A DNA stretch of 64,000 nt from an uncultured Pelagibacteraceae bacterium (GTDB taxonomy: Bacteria > Pseudomonadota > Alphaproteobacteria > Pelagibacterales > Pelagibacteraceae), in the NCBI GenBank assembly GCA_902592265.1, contig CACJDV010000004.1, positions 171-64,170 of the forward strand, in the 5' to 3' direction. The notes below the pieces were generated by a model that had not been told where the DNA came from, searched no databases, and saw only the letters and a list, made by a program, of their open reading frames with translations. This document shows positions 44,761 to 53,683 of this stretch, piece after piece (position 1 is the first letter of the stretch; every line of letters starts with the position of its first letter). The position numbers and the translations under genes were made by a program.

Positions 44761-44858
44761 CTGTAAAAGATAAAAATGAGCGATTAAGTTTAGCTCTTAA
44801 AAAAAATTTAAAAAAAAGAAAAGTATTTCAAAAAAAAAATAAAAAAAAAAACAAATAA
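44757..44858 (+). CDS. 33-aa very basic peptide (not in ORF track)
   Basis: [33 protein letters not shown]; ATGA overlap upstream and TAATG overlap with dcd. Confidence 0.65.
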   Translation: MTVKDKNERLSLALKKNLKKRKVFQKKNKKKNK

Positions 44859-45418
44859 TGTCTATTCAGCCAGACTCTTGGATCAAAAAAATGTGCAAAG
44901 AGCATAATATGATCGAACCATTTTTAGATCATCAAATTTCTGAGGGAAAGATTTCCTATGGCCTAAGCAGTATGGGCTATGATGTTAGAATTTCTGATGA
45001 GTATAGAATATTTACAAACGTGAATAGTTCACTTGTAGATCCAAAAAACTTTTCTGATGATAACTTTATTGAGCGAAAGGGGCCATATTGTATTATTCCA
45101 CCAAATTCATTTGTTCTAGCTAAAACTATCGAATATTTTAGAATACCGAAAAATGTTCTTTGTATCTGCGTTGGAAAAAGCACTTATGCAAGAACAGGAA
45201 TTATTTGTAATGTAACTCCAATTGAAAATGAGTTTGAGGGTAATATTGTTATCGAATTAAGCAATACAACTCCTAATCCTGCAAAAATTTATTCAAATGA
45301 AGGTATTGCCCAATTTTTATTTTTTAAATCAGATACTCAACCAGAAACAACTTATAAATCAAAAAACGGTAAATATCAGGGACAAACCTCCATACAGGTT
45401 GCTAAAATAAAAAAGTAA
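44858..45418 (+). CDS. dcd: dCTP deaminase
   Basis: [33 protein letters not shown]. Confidence 0.95.
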   Translation: MSIQPDSWIKKMCKEHNMIEPFLDHQISEGKISYGLSSMGYDVRISDEYRIFTNVNSSLVDPKNFSDDNFIERKGPYCIIPPNSFVLAKTIEYFRIPKNVLCICVGKSTYARTGIICNVTPIENEFEGNIVIELSNTTPNPAKIYSNEGIAQFLFFKSDTQPETTYKSKNGKYQGQTSIQVAKIKK

Positions 45419-45421
45419 TTT

Positions 45422-46681
45422 ATGGATAAATTTCTGATTAATGGTCCTTGTAGAATCAAGGGTAAAGTTTCAATCTCAGGTTCTAAAAATGCCTCTCTGC
45501 CAATTCTTGCTGCAACCTTATTATTCAACAAACCAGTAATAATAAAAAATTTACCTAGAGTAAGAGATATTAATACTATGTTAAATTTATTAAAATCTCT
45601 CGGCTCTAAAATAATTTTATCTAGAGATAGAAAAACTGCAAAAATCATTAATAAAAAAAATATGAAAACATTTGCAAGCTACTCATTAGTCAAAACGATG
45701 AGAGGTTCAATATTGGTTTTAGGACCATTAATTTCAAAATTTTATAAGTCTAAAACATCTTTACCCGGCGGATGTTTAATAGGGGCAAGACCTGTGAATT
45801 ATCACTTGAGTGCATTAAAAAAATTGGGAATGAAATATAAAATTAGGGATGGATATATCATAGCTAAGTCGAATGGAAGACTAAATGGTAAGACAATAAA
45901 GTTTCCTAAAATAAGTGTTGGTGCAACAGAAAATTCGATAATTGCTGCATGTTTAGCTAAGGGTAAAACAATTTTAAAAAATTGTGCAGTTGAACCTGAA
46001 ATTAAAGACTTAACACTATTCTTAAATAAAGCTGGCGCAAATATAAAATGGTCTCGAAGAACTTGTGTAATTACAGGAATTGATTCACTTAATCAAACAA
46101 CTCACACAGTTATGGCTGATAGAATTGAAGCAGGCACTTTTTGTGTAGCAGCAACGCTTGCCAAAGGTAACTTACAAGTTAAAAATTTAAATCCAAAGAT
46201 AATAAATACTGAATTGAAATTATTAAAAAAGGTTGGGGCCAAAATTAAGACAACCAATAACAAAATTTTTATAAAAGGACCTGAAAAAATTAAATCTATT
46301 AAAAATATAAGAACTAAAGAGTTTCCAGGAATTCCAACAGATCTTCAAGCTCAATTAATGGTATTAATGTGCAAGAGCGCTGGGAAAAGTTCTATAACTG
46401 AAAGTATTTTTGAAAATAGATTCATGCATGTTGCAGAGTTACAAAGATTAGGTGCGAAAATAAATATTAAAAATAACAAAGCATTTATTGAGGGAAATAC
46501 TAAATTTATTGGCGCTGAACTAATGTCTAGTGACCTTCGAGCAAGCGTTGCTTTGGTATTAGCTGCAATGGTAGCTAATGGAAAAAGTATTGTCGGACGA
46601 GTTTATCATTTAGAAAGAGGATATGAAAATATTGAAAACAAATTAAAAAAAATTGGTGTTAGAATTAAGAGATTAAAATAA
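45422..46681 (+). CDS. murA: UDP-N-acetylglucosamine 1-carboxyvinyltransferase
   Basis: SGSKNASLP, LPGGCLIGARP, SVGATEN, DLRAS, HLERGY. Confidence 0.96.
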   Translation: MDKFLINGPCRIKGKVSISGSKNASLPILAATLLFNKPVIIKNLPRVRDINTMLNLLKSLGSKIILSRDRKTAKIINKKNMKTFASYSLVKTMRGSILVLGPLISKFYKSKTSLPGGCLIGARPVNYHLSALKKLGMKYKIRDGYIIAKSNGRLNGKTIKFPKISVGATENSIIAACLAKGKTILKNCAVEPEIKDLTLFLNKAGANIKWSRRTCVITGIDSLNQTTHTVMADRIEAGTFCVAATLAKGNLQVKNLNPKIINTELKLLKKVGAKIKTTNNKIFIKGPEKIKSIKNIRTKEFPGIPTDLQAQLMVLMCKSAGKSSITESIFENRFMHVAELQRLGAKINIKNNKAFIEGNTKFIGAELMSSDLRASVALVLAAMVANGKSIVGRVYHLERGYENIENKLKKIGVRIKRLK

Positions 46682-47073
46682 TGAGTAATTATTTAACAAA
46701 AATAATTGCGAATGATCAAGAGGGGTTACAAGTGATTTCTGCTTGTAGTTCGGGTGCAAAAGTTAAAGTTACAGATATCAAGTACCTTGCATCTAATAAG
46801 GTTTTTTTATTATCAATTGAAAGAGCTAAAATTGAAACCAATCAAGAAGCTAAGAAAATCAATAGTATTTGTCGGTTTGATTTTGTTGATAAAGTTAGAT
46901 CGAAAAATATAAATCAATCGAACAAAGATTTAGTTTTAGAATTAATTGGAATTGATTATTTGAAAAATAATGATGATTATGAAATAAATCTTATTTTTAA
47001 TAATAATGCTCACATCGTCTTGACAACAGAAACTATCGAAGTGCGACTTGAGGATCAAAATGAAATTAAATGA
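46681..47073 (+). CDS. DUF2948-like protein
   Basis: LQVISA...VRLED; murA-DUF2948-hisD arrangement typical of alphaproteobacteria. Confidence 0.75.
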   Translation: MSNYLTKIIANDQEGLQVISACSSGAKVKVTDIKYLASNKVFLLSIERAKIETNQEAKKINSICRFDFVDKVRSKNINQSNKDLVLELIGIDYLKNNDDYEINLIFNNNAHIVLTTETIEVRLEDQNEIK

Positions 47074-48359
47074 ATATGAAAATATTAAATAGTAAAAGTA
47101 AAAATTTTGATAAAAATTTAGATTTTCTACTTCTTAAAAGAAGAAAGAGCATCAGATCTGATAAAGTTTCAGTAACTAACATTATCAATGATGTTAAAAA
47201 GAATGGAGACAAAGCATTAATTAAATATGAAAAAAGATTTAATCGAAATACTAATATCTTTCCAAGTTCTACAAAAATTTCTAAATTAATAAAATCTTTA
47301 AATCCGAAAGTTAAGAAAGCAATCGATATAGCTTATAAACGAATTTATAAATTTCATTCTTTACAAAAATTTAAAAATATTTCCTATACAGACCAATTTA
47401 AAAATAAACTTGAGTATAAATATTTGCCATTAGAGTCAGTTGCAATTTATGTTCCAGGTTCACTTGTATCTTATCCTTCAAGTGTACTTATGAATGCTAT
47501 TCCGGCTATTGTAGCGGGTGTAAAAAGAATTATAATGATAAATCCAGGTTTTAAAGGAAATCAAAATCCCGCTGTTTTGTATGCAGCACGAAAATGTAAA
47601 ATTAAAGAAATTTATTCTATTGGTGGTCCCTCTGCAGTTGCAGCAGCTGCTTATGGAACAAAAAAAATAAAAAAAGTTGATAAAATAGTTGGACCTGGGA
47701 ATTCATATGTGGCAGCCGCAAAAAAAGAGGTTTTTGGAGATGTTGGGATCGAAGGTATGACAGCTGGCCCCTCCGAAATAACTATTGTTTGTGATAAATT
47801 TTCAAATCCTGAGTGGGCTGCTAGTGACCTAATTGGTCAAGCAGAACATGACCCTCAAGCACAATGTATATTGATTTCAAAAGATAAAAACATAATTCAC
47901 GAAGTTCAACTAGAAATCTCCAAACAATTAAAAAGAATCCCAAGGGAATCTGTTGCAAAAAAAAGTTTAAAGAGAAATGGAATTTTAATGCATGTAGCTA
48001 AAGAAAGTAAAATAATTAATATCGTAAACAAAATTGCACCTGAGCACCTGGAGTTAAATGTAAAGAACTACAGATCTCTTGCATCAAGAATTAAAAATTC
48101 TGGCTCAATATGTTTAGGTAAATACGCTGTTATGGCAATGACAGATTATAACGTTGGATCAAATCATATATTACCAACCAATGGGTCCGCAAAATATTCA
48201 AGCGGAATTAGTGTTAATGAATTTTATAAAAGAATTTCATACATAAACTTATCAAAAAAGGGTATTGAAAGTCTTGGACCATCAGTTATAACTCTTGCCA
48301 ATTATGAAGGGTTGGGGGGACATGCTCAATCTGTGAGAAAAAGAATTAGGAGAAAATAA
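47070..48359 (+). CDS. hisD: Histidinol dehydrogenase
   Basis: [36 protein letters not shown]. Confidence 0.95.
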   Translation: MNMKILNSKSKNFDKNLDFLLLKRRKSIRSDKVSVTNIINDVKKNGDKALIKYEKRFNRNTNIFPSSTKISKLIKSLNPKVKKAIDIAYKRIYKFHSLQKFKNISYTDQFKNKLEYKYLPLESVAIYVPGSLVSYPSSVLMNAIPAIVAGVKRIIMINPGFKGNQNPAVLYAARKCKIKEIYSIGGPSAVAAAAYGTKKIKKVDKIVGPGNSYVAAAKKEVFGDVGIEGMTAGPSEITIVCDKFSNPEWAASDLIGQAEHDPQAQCILISKDKNIIHEVQLEISKQLKRIPRESVAKKSLKRNGILMHVAKESKIINIVNKIAPEHLELNVKNYRSLASRIKNSGSICLGKYAVMAMTDYNVGSNHILPTNGSAKYSSGISVNEFYKRISYINLSKKGIESLGPSVITLANYEGLGGHAQSVRKRIRRK

Positions 48360-48361
48360 AT

Positions 48362-48577
48362 TTGTCTAAACAAGATTTACTTGAATTCAAAGGTAAAGTG
48401 ACTGACTTATTGCCCAATGCTATGTTTAGAGTTCAACTTGAGAATGGTCATGTAGTAACTGCTCACACAGCAGGCAAATTGAGAAAAAATAGAATTCGAG
48501 TGTTGCAAGGTGATAACGTGACTGTAGAGATGACGCCTTATGACCTTACAAAAGGCAGAATAATCTTTAGGGGTTAA
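48362..48577 (+). CDS. infA: Translation initiation factor IF-1
   Basis: [19 protein letters not shown]; TTG start. Confidence 0.96.
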   Translation: MSKQDLLEFKGKVTDLLPNAMFRVQLENGHVVTAHTAGKLRKNRIRVLQGDNVTVEMTPYDLTKGRIIFRG

Positions 48578-48583
48578 TCTTTT

Positions 48584-48658
48584 GCCTCGGTAGCTCAGGA
48601 GTAGAGCAGAGCCCTGAAAAGGCTTGTGTCGGAGGTGCGAATCCTTCCCGAGGCACCA
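48584..48658 (+). tRNA. tRNA-Phe(GAA)
   Basis: GCCTCGG/CCGAGGC acceptor, GAGCC-CTGAAAA-GGCTT anticodon arm, T-loop TGCGAAT, A-CCA end. Confidence 0.93.
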
Positions 48659-48733
48659 CCAAAACATCTTGAAATTAATTTACAAAGAAATTAACTTCTA
48701 TATTAAATAAATAACAAAAGGACGAGTAAAAAG

Positions 48734-48946
48734 ATGAGTACAATTCAAGGAAAAGTTAAATGGTTTAATGGTAAAAAAGGCTATGGTTTCATAGAAAGAG
48801 ATGATAAAGAAAAAGATGCCTTTGTTCATGCTAGCGCGGTAAAAGCTGCAGGAATGAGATTTCTAAATGAAGGAGATAAATTAGAATTTACATTAGAGGA
48901 TGGTCCAAAAGGCCCTTCAGCGGTAAATTTAAAAAAATTAGATTAA
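48734..48946 (+). CDS. Cold-shock domain protein (CspA family)
   Basis: [15 protein letters not shown] (RNP1), AFVHAS (RNP2). Confidence 0.96.
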   Translation: MSTIQGKVKWFNGKKGYGFIERDDKEKDAFVHASAVKAAGMRFLNEGDKLEFTLEDGPKGPSAVNLKKLD

Positions 48947-48960
48947 TTTAAATATTTTAT

Positions 48961-49002
48961 AAGGACGTTTTCTTAGAAATAAGAAAATGTCCTTTTCTTT
49001 TT
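48961..49002 (+). terminator. Intrinsic terminator of the csp gene
   Basis: AAGGACGTTTTCTTA-GAAA-TAAGAAAATGTCCTT, 15-bp stem with one G-U pair, followed by TTCTTTTT. Confidence 0.85.
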
Positions 49003-49006
49003 AGGG

Positions 49007-49034
49007 TTGAATAATTTAAATTTTTGTCTAAAAG
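49007..49034 (+). promoter_or_regulatory. Candidate sigma70 promoter for the his leader/tRNA-His/hisSZG unit
   Basis: TTGAAT-N16-TAAAAG directly after the terminator, 7 nt before the leader ATG; weak -10 match in AT-rich DNA. Confidence 0.4.
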
Positions 49035-49041
49035 ACTGCTC

Positions 49042-49143
49042 ATGAATAAAAATGAAGTTAATTACAGAACAAACTCGGGTACTCAAAGACTTGCTCTAAG
49101 AGGAACTAATAGAGGTGTGCACGCTCATTTCCATGCTGGCTAA
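49042..49143 (+). CDS. Putative His-sensing leader peptide, 33 aa (not in ORF track)
   Basis: MNKNEVNYRTNSGTQRLALRGTNRGVHAHFHAG*; three His codons in the last seven; upstream of tRNA-His-hisS-hisZ-hisG. Confidence 0.6.
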   Translation: MNKNEVNYRTNSGTQRLALRGTNRGVHAHFHAG

Positions 49144-49212
49144 AGCTAGCGAATAATCACTTATATTATAATTTTAAATAACAACAAAATAAGATAAAAC
49201 AAAAAAGGATAT

Positions 49213-49286
49213 GCCTTGATGGTGAAATAGTATCACGTCGGTTTGTGGATCCGAAGTCGTAGGAGCGTAACCTACTCAAGGTACCA
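49213..49286 (+). tRNA. tRNA-His(GTG), alphaproteobacterial type without encoded G-1
   Basis: GCCTTGA-TG-GTGA AATAGTA TCAC-G-TCGGT TTGTGGA TCCGA-AGTC-GTAGG AGCGTAA CCTAC-TCAAGGT-A-CCA; T at -1, G1:U72, A73. Confidence 0.92.
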
Positions 49287-49290
49287 AAAA

Positions 49291-50688
49291 ATGATTAAAG
49301 AAAACAAATTAATTCCTGGATTACCCTCAGGTTTTGAAGATAGATGGAATAAAAAATTACTTCTCAAAAAAAGATTATTAAAGGTTATTGAGAAAAATTT
49401 TATTAAATATGGATTTGATCCATTAGAAACACCATCATTTGAAATTAGTGAAAATATAGGCTCCTTTCTTGCAGAGGATGAGAATAATCCTATGTCTGAT
49501 GTATTTACATTTGATGATGGTAAAAAGTTTATTACTCTAAGATATGATTTATCAAGTCCACTTGCTAGATTTGTTGCACAGAATAATCAAGAGCTTCCCT
49601 CAATATATAAAAGATATGCAATTCAAAATGTATTCAGAAATGAAAAATCTGGAAATGCTAGGTACAGAGAATTTACCCAAGCAGATTGTGATATAGTTGG
49701 AAACGTTAGTCCAGCACAAGCCAATGCCGAGTTGTGCAATTTGATCTCAAATACTTTAATAGATTGTGGTTTAAAAAAAGATCAGTTTACTATCAATGTC
49801 AGTAATAGAAAAATTGTTCAAGGTTTAATTAAAGATCTGAAAATTGATAAAAATAAACAAATCAAGGTAATGAGAGCTATAGATAAACTCGATAAACCTG
49901 GGTTTGGTTTAAAGGGTGTTGAGGAATTATTAAAAAAAGAAAGAAAAGATAAAAGTGGAGCCATAACTAAAGGAGCAAACTTAAGCGATGAGCAAGCTTC
50001 AAAAATCTTAAGTTTTTTAAGGATAAAAGATTTGGAGGAACTTAAAGAAAATTTTAAAAATCCTCTTACTCAAGAGGGCATTGAAGAACTTGAAGAATTA
50101 TTCGAAGTTTTGAACTTTGGAAATTACTCTAACCAAGTAAAAACTAATTTTACGATAGTTAGAGGTCTAGATTATTATGATGGTTTTTGCGTTGAAACCA
50201 ATCTAAATTTTAAAGCAAGAAACATTAAGGGTAAGGAAGTTGATATTGGAAGTATTTGCTCAGGTGGGCAATATAATAAATTAATTTCAAGATTTAAAGG
50301 AGTAGATATTCCAGGGACAGGTGTAAGTATTGGTGTTGATAGATTGCTATTTGCAATGATGCAATTAAATCAAGTAGAAATTGATACACAAAATCCTGTT
50401 ATTGTTTGTGTAATGGATGAAAAATATTTAAAAAATTATTACGAAATTTTAGATAATTTAAGAAAAAATAATATTAATTCCGAAATATTTTTGGATAGTA
50501 AAAAAAATCTAAGTAAGCAACTTACTTATGCTAACAAAAGGGAATGTCCAGTTGCAGTTATTTGTGGTGAAAATGAATTTAGAGATAATAAAATAACATT
50601 AAAAAATCTACTTGGGGCCAAAGCAGAGAATAATCAAATTACATTTCCAAAAGAGAATTTAATAAATGAAATCAAAAAATTTATCTGA
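49291..50688 (+). CDS. hisS: Histidine--tRNA ligase
   Basis: LRYDLSSPLAR, FRNEK..RYREFTQAD, VRGLDYY, SGGQY, GVSIGVDRL; start ATG 49291 after the tRNA. Confidence 0.94.
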   Translation: MIKENKLIPGLPSGFEDRWNKKLLLKKRLLKVIEKNFIKYGFDPLETPSFEISENIGSFLAEDENNPMSDVFTFDDGKKFITLRYDLSSPLARFVAQNNQELPSIYKRYAIQNVFRNEKSGNARYREFTQADCDIVGNVSPAQANAELCNLISNTLIDCGLKKDQFTINVSNRKIVQGLIKDLKIDKNKQIKVMRAIDKLDKPGFGLKGVEELLKKERKDKSGAITKGANLSDEQASKILSFLRIKDLEELKENFKNPLTQEGIEELEELFEVLNFGNYSNQVKTNFTIVRGLDYYDGFCVETNLNFKARNIKGKEVDIGSICSGGQYNKLISRFKGVDIPGTGVSIGVDRLLFAMMQLNQVEIDTQNPVIVCVMDEKYLKNYYEILDNLRKNNINSEIFLDSKKNLSKQLTYANKRECPVAVICGENEFRDNKITLKNLLGAKAENNQITFPKENLINEIKKFI

Positions 50689-51724
50689 CAAAATCCTTAG
50701 ATCAGTTCAGTCTAAAGGATTTAAATATATTGAATTACCATCAGTTATTGAGACTAGTCATATAGTCCAAAGATCTGGTGAGAGTTTTAGAAAATTTATT
50801 TTTTCATTTACAGATCAAACAGGTAATGAATTATGTTTGAGACCTGACCTTACAATTGCTTCTTGTCTTAGATATTTAGAAAATAATTTAAAAGGAAAAG
50901 AAAAAATATTTTATAGTGGACAGGCTTATAGAAAATCTCAAAATAAAAAGGACTCTATAATTCGAAATCAAGTTGGTTTCGAGATTATAGGATCAAAAGA
51001 TGAAAAAAATGATGACAAAGAAATTATAAATACATCACTTAAATCACTAAAAAATCTAAAATACTCTACTGGCACTCTCACTATTGGCAATGTAGAAATT
51101 TTTAATCTTTTAATATCTAAATTAGATATACCAAAAAGATGGAAATTAAGACTTACAAGGCATTTCTGGCGAGAGAAATATTTCAGTGATTTGTTAAAAA
51201 GATTAGAGACAAATTCTGATGTAGATCCAACTATTGTTGAGGTGGATAAAAGACGATATTTAAAAATGTTAAAGGATGACCAATCATTTATTGTTGCAGG
51301 CAGAACACTAAAAGAAATTTTAGAGAGATTTGATAAAAAGATCAAGGATCCTAGGAGAGCAAGTAAAGGAAGTAATACATCGAAAATTATTAAAGAGTTT
51401 TTAAAAATTAAATGTCCAATAAATAAAGCTGCAAGGAAGTTAAATAGATTTTTTAAAAAACATAAGATAAATCTTTTTGTTGATCAGAAATATTTTCCTG
51501 TCTCAAAAAATAAAATATCTAAATTAAATGTGGTTTTTTCAACTGCCTTTGGTAGACAATTAGAATATTATACCGGCATAGTTTTTAAGATAGACATCAA
51601 ATTAAAGTCGAAAATTATCAATTGTTGTAATGGTGGTCGTTATGACAAATTAATTTCTGATCTTGGCTCAAAAAAACAAGTACCAGCAGTCGGAGCAGCT
51701 CTTAACTTAAACTCTCAATTATGA
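50666..51724 (+). CDS. hisZ: ATP phosphoribosyltransferase regulatory subunit
   Basis: LRPDLT, FYSGQAYR, QVGFE, LEYYTG, GGRYD, PAVG; lies between hisS and hisG. Confidence 0.92.
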   Translation: MKSKNLSDKILRSVQSKGFKYIELPSVIETSHIVQRSGESFRKFIFSFTDQTGNELCLRPDLTIASCLRYLENNLKGKEKIFYSGQAYRKSQNKKDSIIRNQVGFEIIGSKDEKNDDKEIINTSLKSLKNLKYSTGTLTIGNVEIFNLLISKLDIPKRWKLRLTRHFWREKYFSDLLKRLETNSDVDPTIVEVDKRRYLKMLKDDQSFIVAGRTLKEILERFDKKIKDPRRASKGSNTSKIIKEFLKIKCPINKAARKLNRFFKKHKINLFVDQKYFPVSKNKISKLNVVFSTAFGRQLEYYTGIVFKIDIKLKSKIINCCNGGRYDKLISDLGSKKQVPAVGAALNLNSQL

Positions 51725-52407
51725 AAAATTTAATAAATATAGGAATACCAAGTAAGGGACGATTAAGAAAAGATGTTTTAAAAATTTTTACCAAAAAGAA
51801 ATTAAAGCTTATTTCTGAGCGAGGAGAAAGAGATCTGATAGGTTCGATAAAAAATAAATCAAACATAAAAATTTTATATTTGCACGCTAGAGAAATTATT
51901 GAAAGATTAGGAGACGGCTCATTAGACGTTGGTTTTTCTGGTTTTGATTTATTAAAAGAAAATGAGATAAATACTCAAAATAAAATAAATGTTGTTAAAA
52001 AACTTAATTTTGGAAAAGCTAATTTAGTTGTAGCTATACCGGATCCCTGGATCGATGTTCAAACAATAGCTGATTTAGAGGAAATTGCATTTGAATTTAG
52101 AGACATTAAAAAGAAAAGATTAAGAGTTGCAACTAAGTATCCAAATTTAACTAGGAATTTTTTATTTTCTAAAGGTGTTACTCAATTTAAATTGGTTGAT
52201 AGTTTAGGAGCAACTGAGGCGTACCCTTTTACTGGTTCAGCTGAATTAATTACAGACATAACATCCACAGGTGAAACTCTTAAAGCAAATAACCTACGTA
52301 TATTGAAAGATGGAGAAATCTTAAAATCTCAAGCTTGTATTTTTATTTCAAAAAAAAATAGTAAAAAAAAAGGTTTAAAAAACTTTGTTAAATTACTTTC
52401 CAAGTAA
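51721..52407 (+). CDS. hisG: ATP phosphoribosyltransferase, short form
   Basis: PSKGRL, VATKYP, GATE, DITSTGETLKANNL. Confidence 0.96.
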   Translation: MKNLINIGIPSKGRLRKDVLKIFTKKKLKLISERGERDLIGSIKNKSNIKILYLHAREIIERLGDGSLDVGFSGFDLLKENEINTQNKINVVKKLNFGKANLVVAIPDPWIDVQTIADLEEIAFEFRDIKKKRLRVATKYPNLTRNFLFSKGVTQFKLVDSLGATEAYPFTGSAELITDITSTGETLKANNLRILKDGEILKSQACIFISKKNSKKKGLKNFVKLLSK

Positions 52408-52524
52408 TTTATCTCTAAGGTATATGAGAATAATTTTGATGATATCTAAATTTCTTATCATTGCATAAGCAGCTATTAGAAGCCCTATTCCAAGAAAAAT
52501 TTTTAAAATAAGATATAATTCCAT
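52393..52524 (-). CDS. Putative 43-aa membrane peptide (not in ORF track)
   Basis: MELYLILKIFLGIGLLIAAYAMIRNLDIIKIILIYLRDKLLGK; SD-like AAGGGA 5 nt before ATG; fills the hisG-rmuC gap. Confidence 0.55.
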   Translation of the reverse strand: MELYLILKIFLGIGLLIAAYAMIRNLDIIKIILIYLRDKLLGK

Positions 52525-52554
52525 AAAAATCCCTTATAATATAAGTTACGAATC

Positions 52555-53646
52555 ATGGACACAATTTTATTAATAATTTTGATTTTAATGTTTGGAGTAA
52601 TCTTGGCTATTTTGTATTTAAATATAAAGTTCAAGAAAGAGAATAGAGCTGATGAGACTAATGAAATAGCAAATTTGAATTCAGAAATTATTAGATTAAA
52701 AGATAGCTTAAACTCTACAATCAATACGTCTCTAAGTTCGATGTCTACCTCATTTAACTCTTTGTCAACTGGGGTTACAAAGGATATGACCGAGGCACTT
52801 ACTAAAGTTGATGAGAAGGTAGGTAATTTTAATGAACAAGTAAAGCTCTTAAATCAAAGTCAAGAGGGAATTACTAAAATTTTAGCAGGGGTCAAAAAAT
52901 ATGGAACTCTAGCCGAGTATTCATTGGATGCTTTAATTAAAGATTTATTACCTGCGCCTCAATATATGACAAATGTCAAAATGAAAGAAGATACAAGTGA
53001 AAACGTAGAATTTGCAATCAAGCTTCAAGGAGATGTTTTGGTTCCTGTAGACTCTCATTTTCCAGTAGAAAAATTTAAAGCTATTACCGATGCACATGAG
53101 GCAGATAATAAAAAAGCAGTTGCTGAGGCTAGAACAAAATTAGCAAGTGCATTTAAGGCCAAAGCAAAAAGTGTCATGGAGAAATATATTGTTCCTCCTA
53201 AAACCTCAAATTTTGCAATAGTATATGCGCCTACAGAAAGTCTTTATAAAGAATTAACTGAGTACCAAGATCCAAGCACTAAAGAATTATTAACCCAAGA
53301 ATTAATGAAAAAATATAAAATAGTAATTTGTGGCCCTAATACTCTTTCTGCATATTTACAATCCTTGCACATGGGCTTTCAGTCTCTTAAAATTTCAAAA
53401 CATGCAACAGAGATTTATGATCATTTAAAAACTATAAGCACTAGATTTTCTAGTCATTTTGATAATATTTATAAATTAAGAAAAAAACTTGAAGAGGCTA
53501 TGACGGTTGTTGATAGTTTTGGAAAAGATGCAAGATCAATTACTAGAACTTTAGAAAATATAAAAGATCCCGAGCAAGTTGAAAAGGCTGTTCTAACAGA
53601 GAACGTTGAGAGTTTTGTTGAAAGAAATAAACAAGTCAAAAAATAA
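52555..53646 (+). CDS. rmuC: RmuC family protein
   Basis: N-terminal TM, coiled coil, VEFAIKL, VPVDSHFP, KYIVPPKT..FA...PTESLY, GPNTL.A.L.SL..GF. Confidence 0.88.
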   Translation: MDTILLIILILMFGVILAILYLNIKFKKENRADETNEIANLNSEIIRLKDSLNSTINTSLSSMSTSFNSLSTGVTKDMTEALTKVDEKVGNFNEQVKLLNQSQEGITKILAGVKKYGTLAEYSLDALIKDLLPAPQYMTNVKMKEDTSENVEFAIKLQGDVLVPVDSHFPVEKFKAITDAHEADNKKAVAEARTKLASAFKAKAKSVMEKYIVPPKTSNFAIVYAPTESLYKELTEYQDPSTKELLTQELMKKYKIVICGPNTLSAYLQSLHMGFQSLKISKHATEIYDHLKTISTRFSSHFDNIYKLRKKLEEAMTVVDSFGKDARSITRTLENIKDPEQVEKAVLTENVESFVERNKQVKK

Positions 53647-53683
53647 TTTCTTTTTTCAGATAATACCGACTATAAGAAATCAC

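Noticed and set aside
44800-44855. Long poly-A tracts as a phase-variation site or assembly artefact
   Set aside because: They are explained by Lys codons of the 33-aa ORF, whose frame joins both neighbours exactly.
49243-49290. N-terminal extension of hisS in the ORF track
   Set aside because: It lies within tRNA-His; ATG 49291 is preferred.
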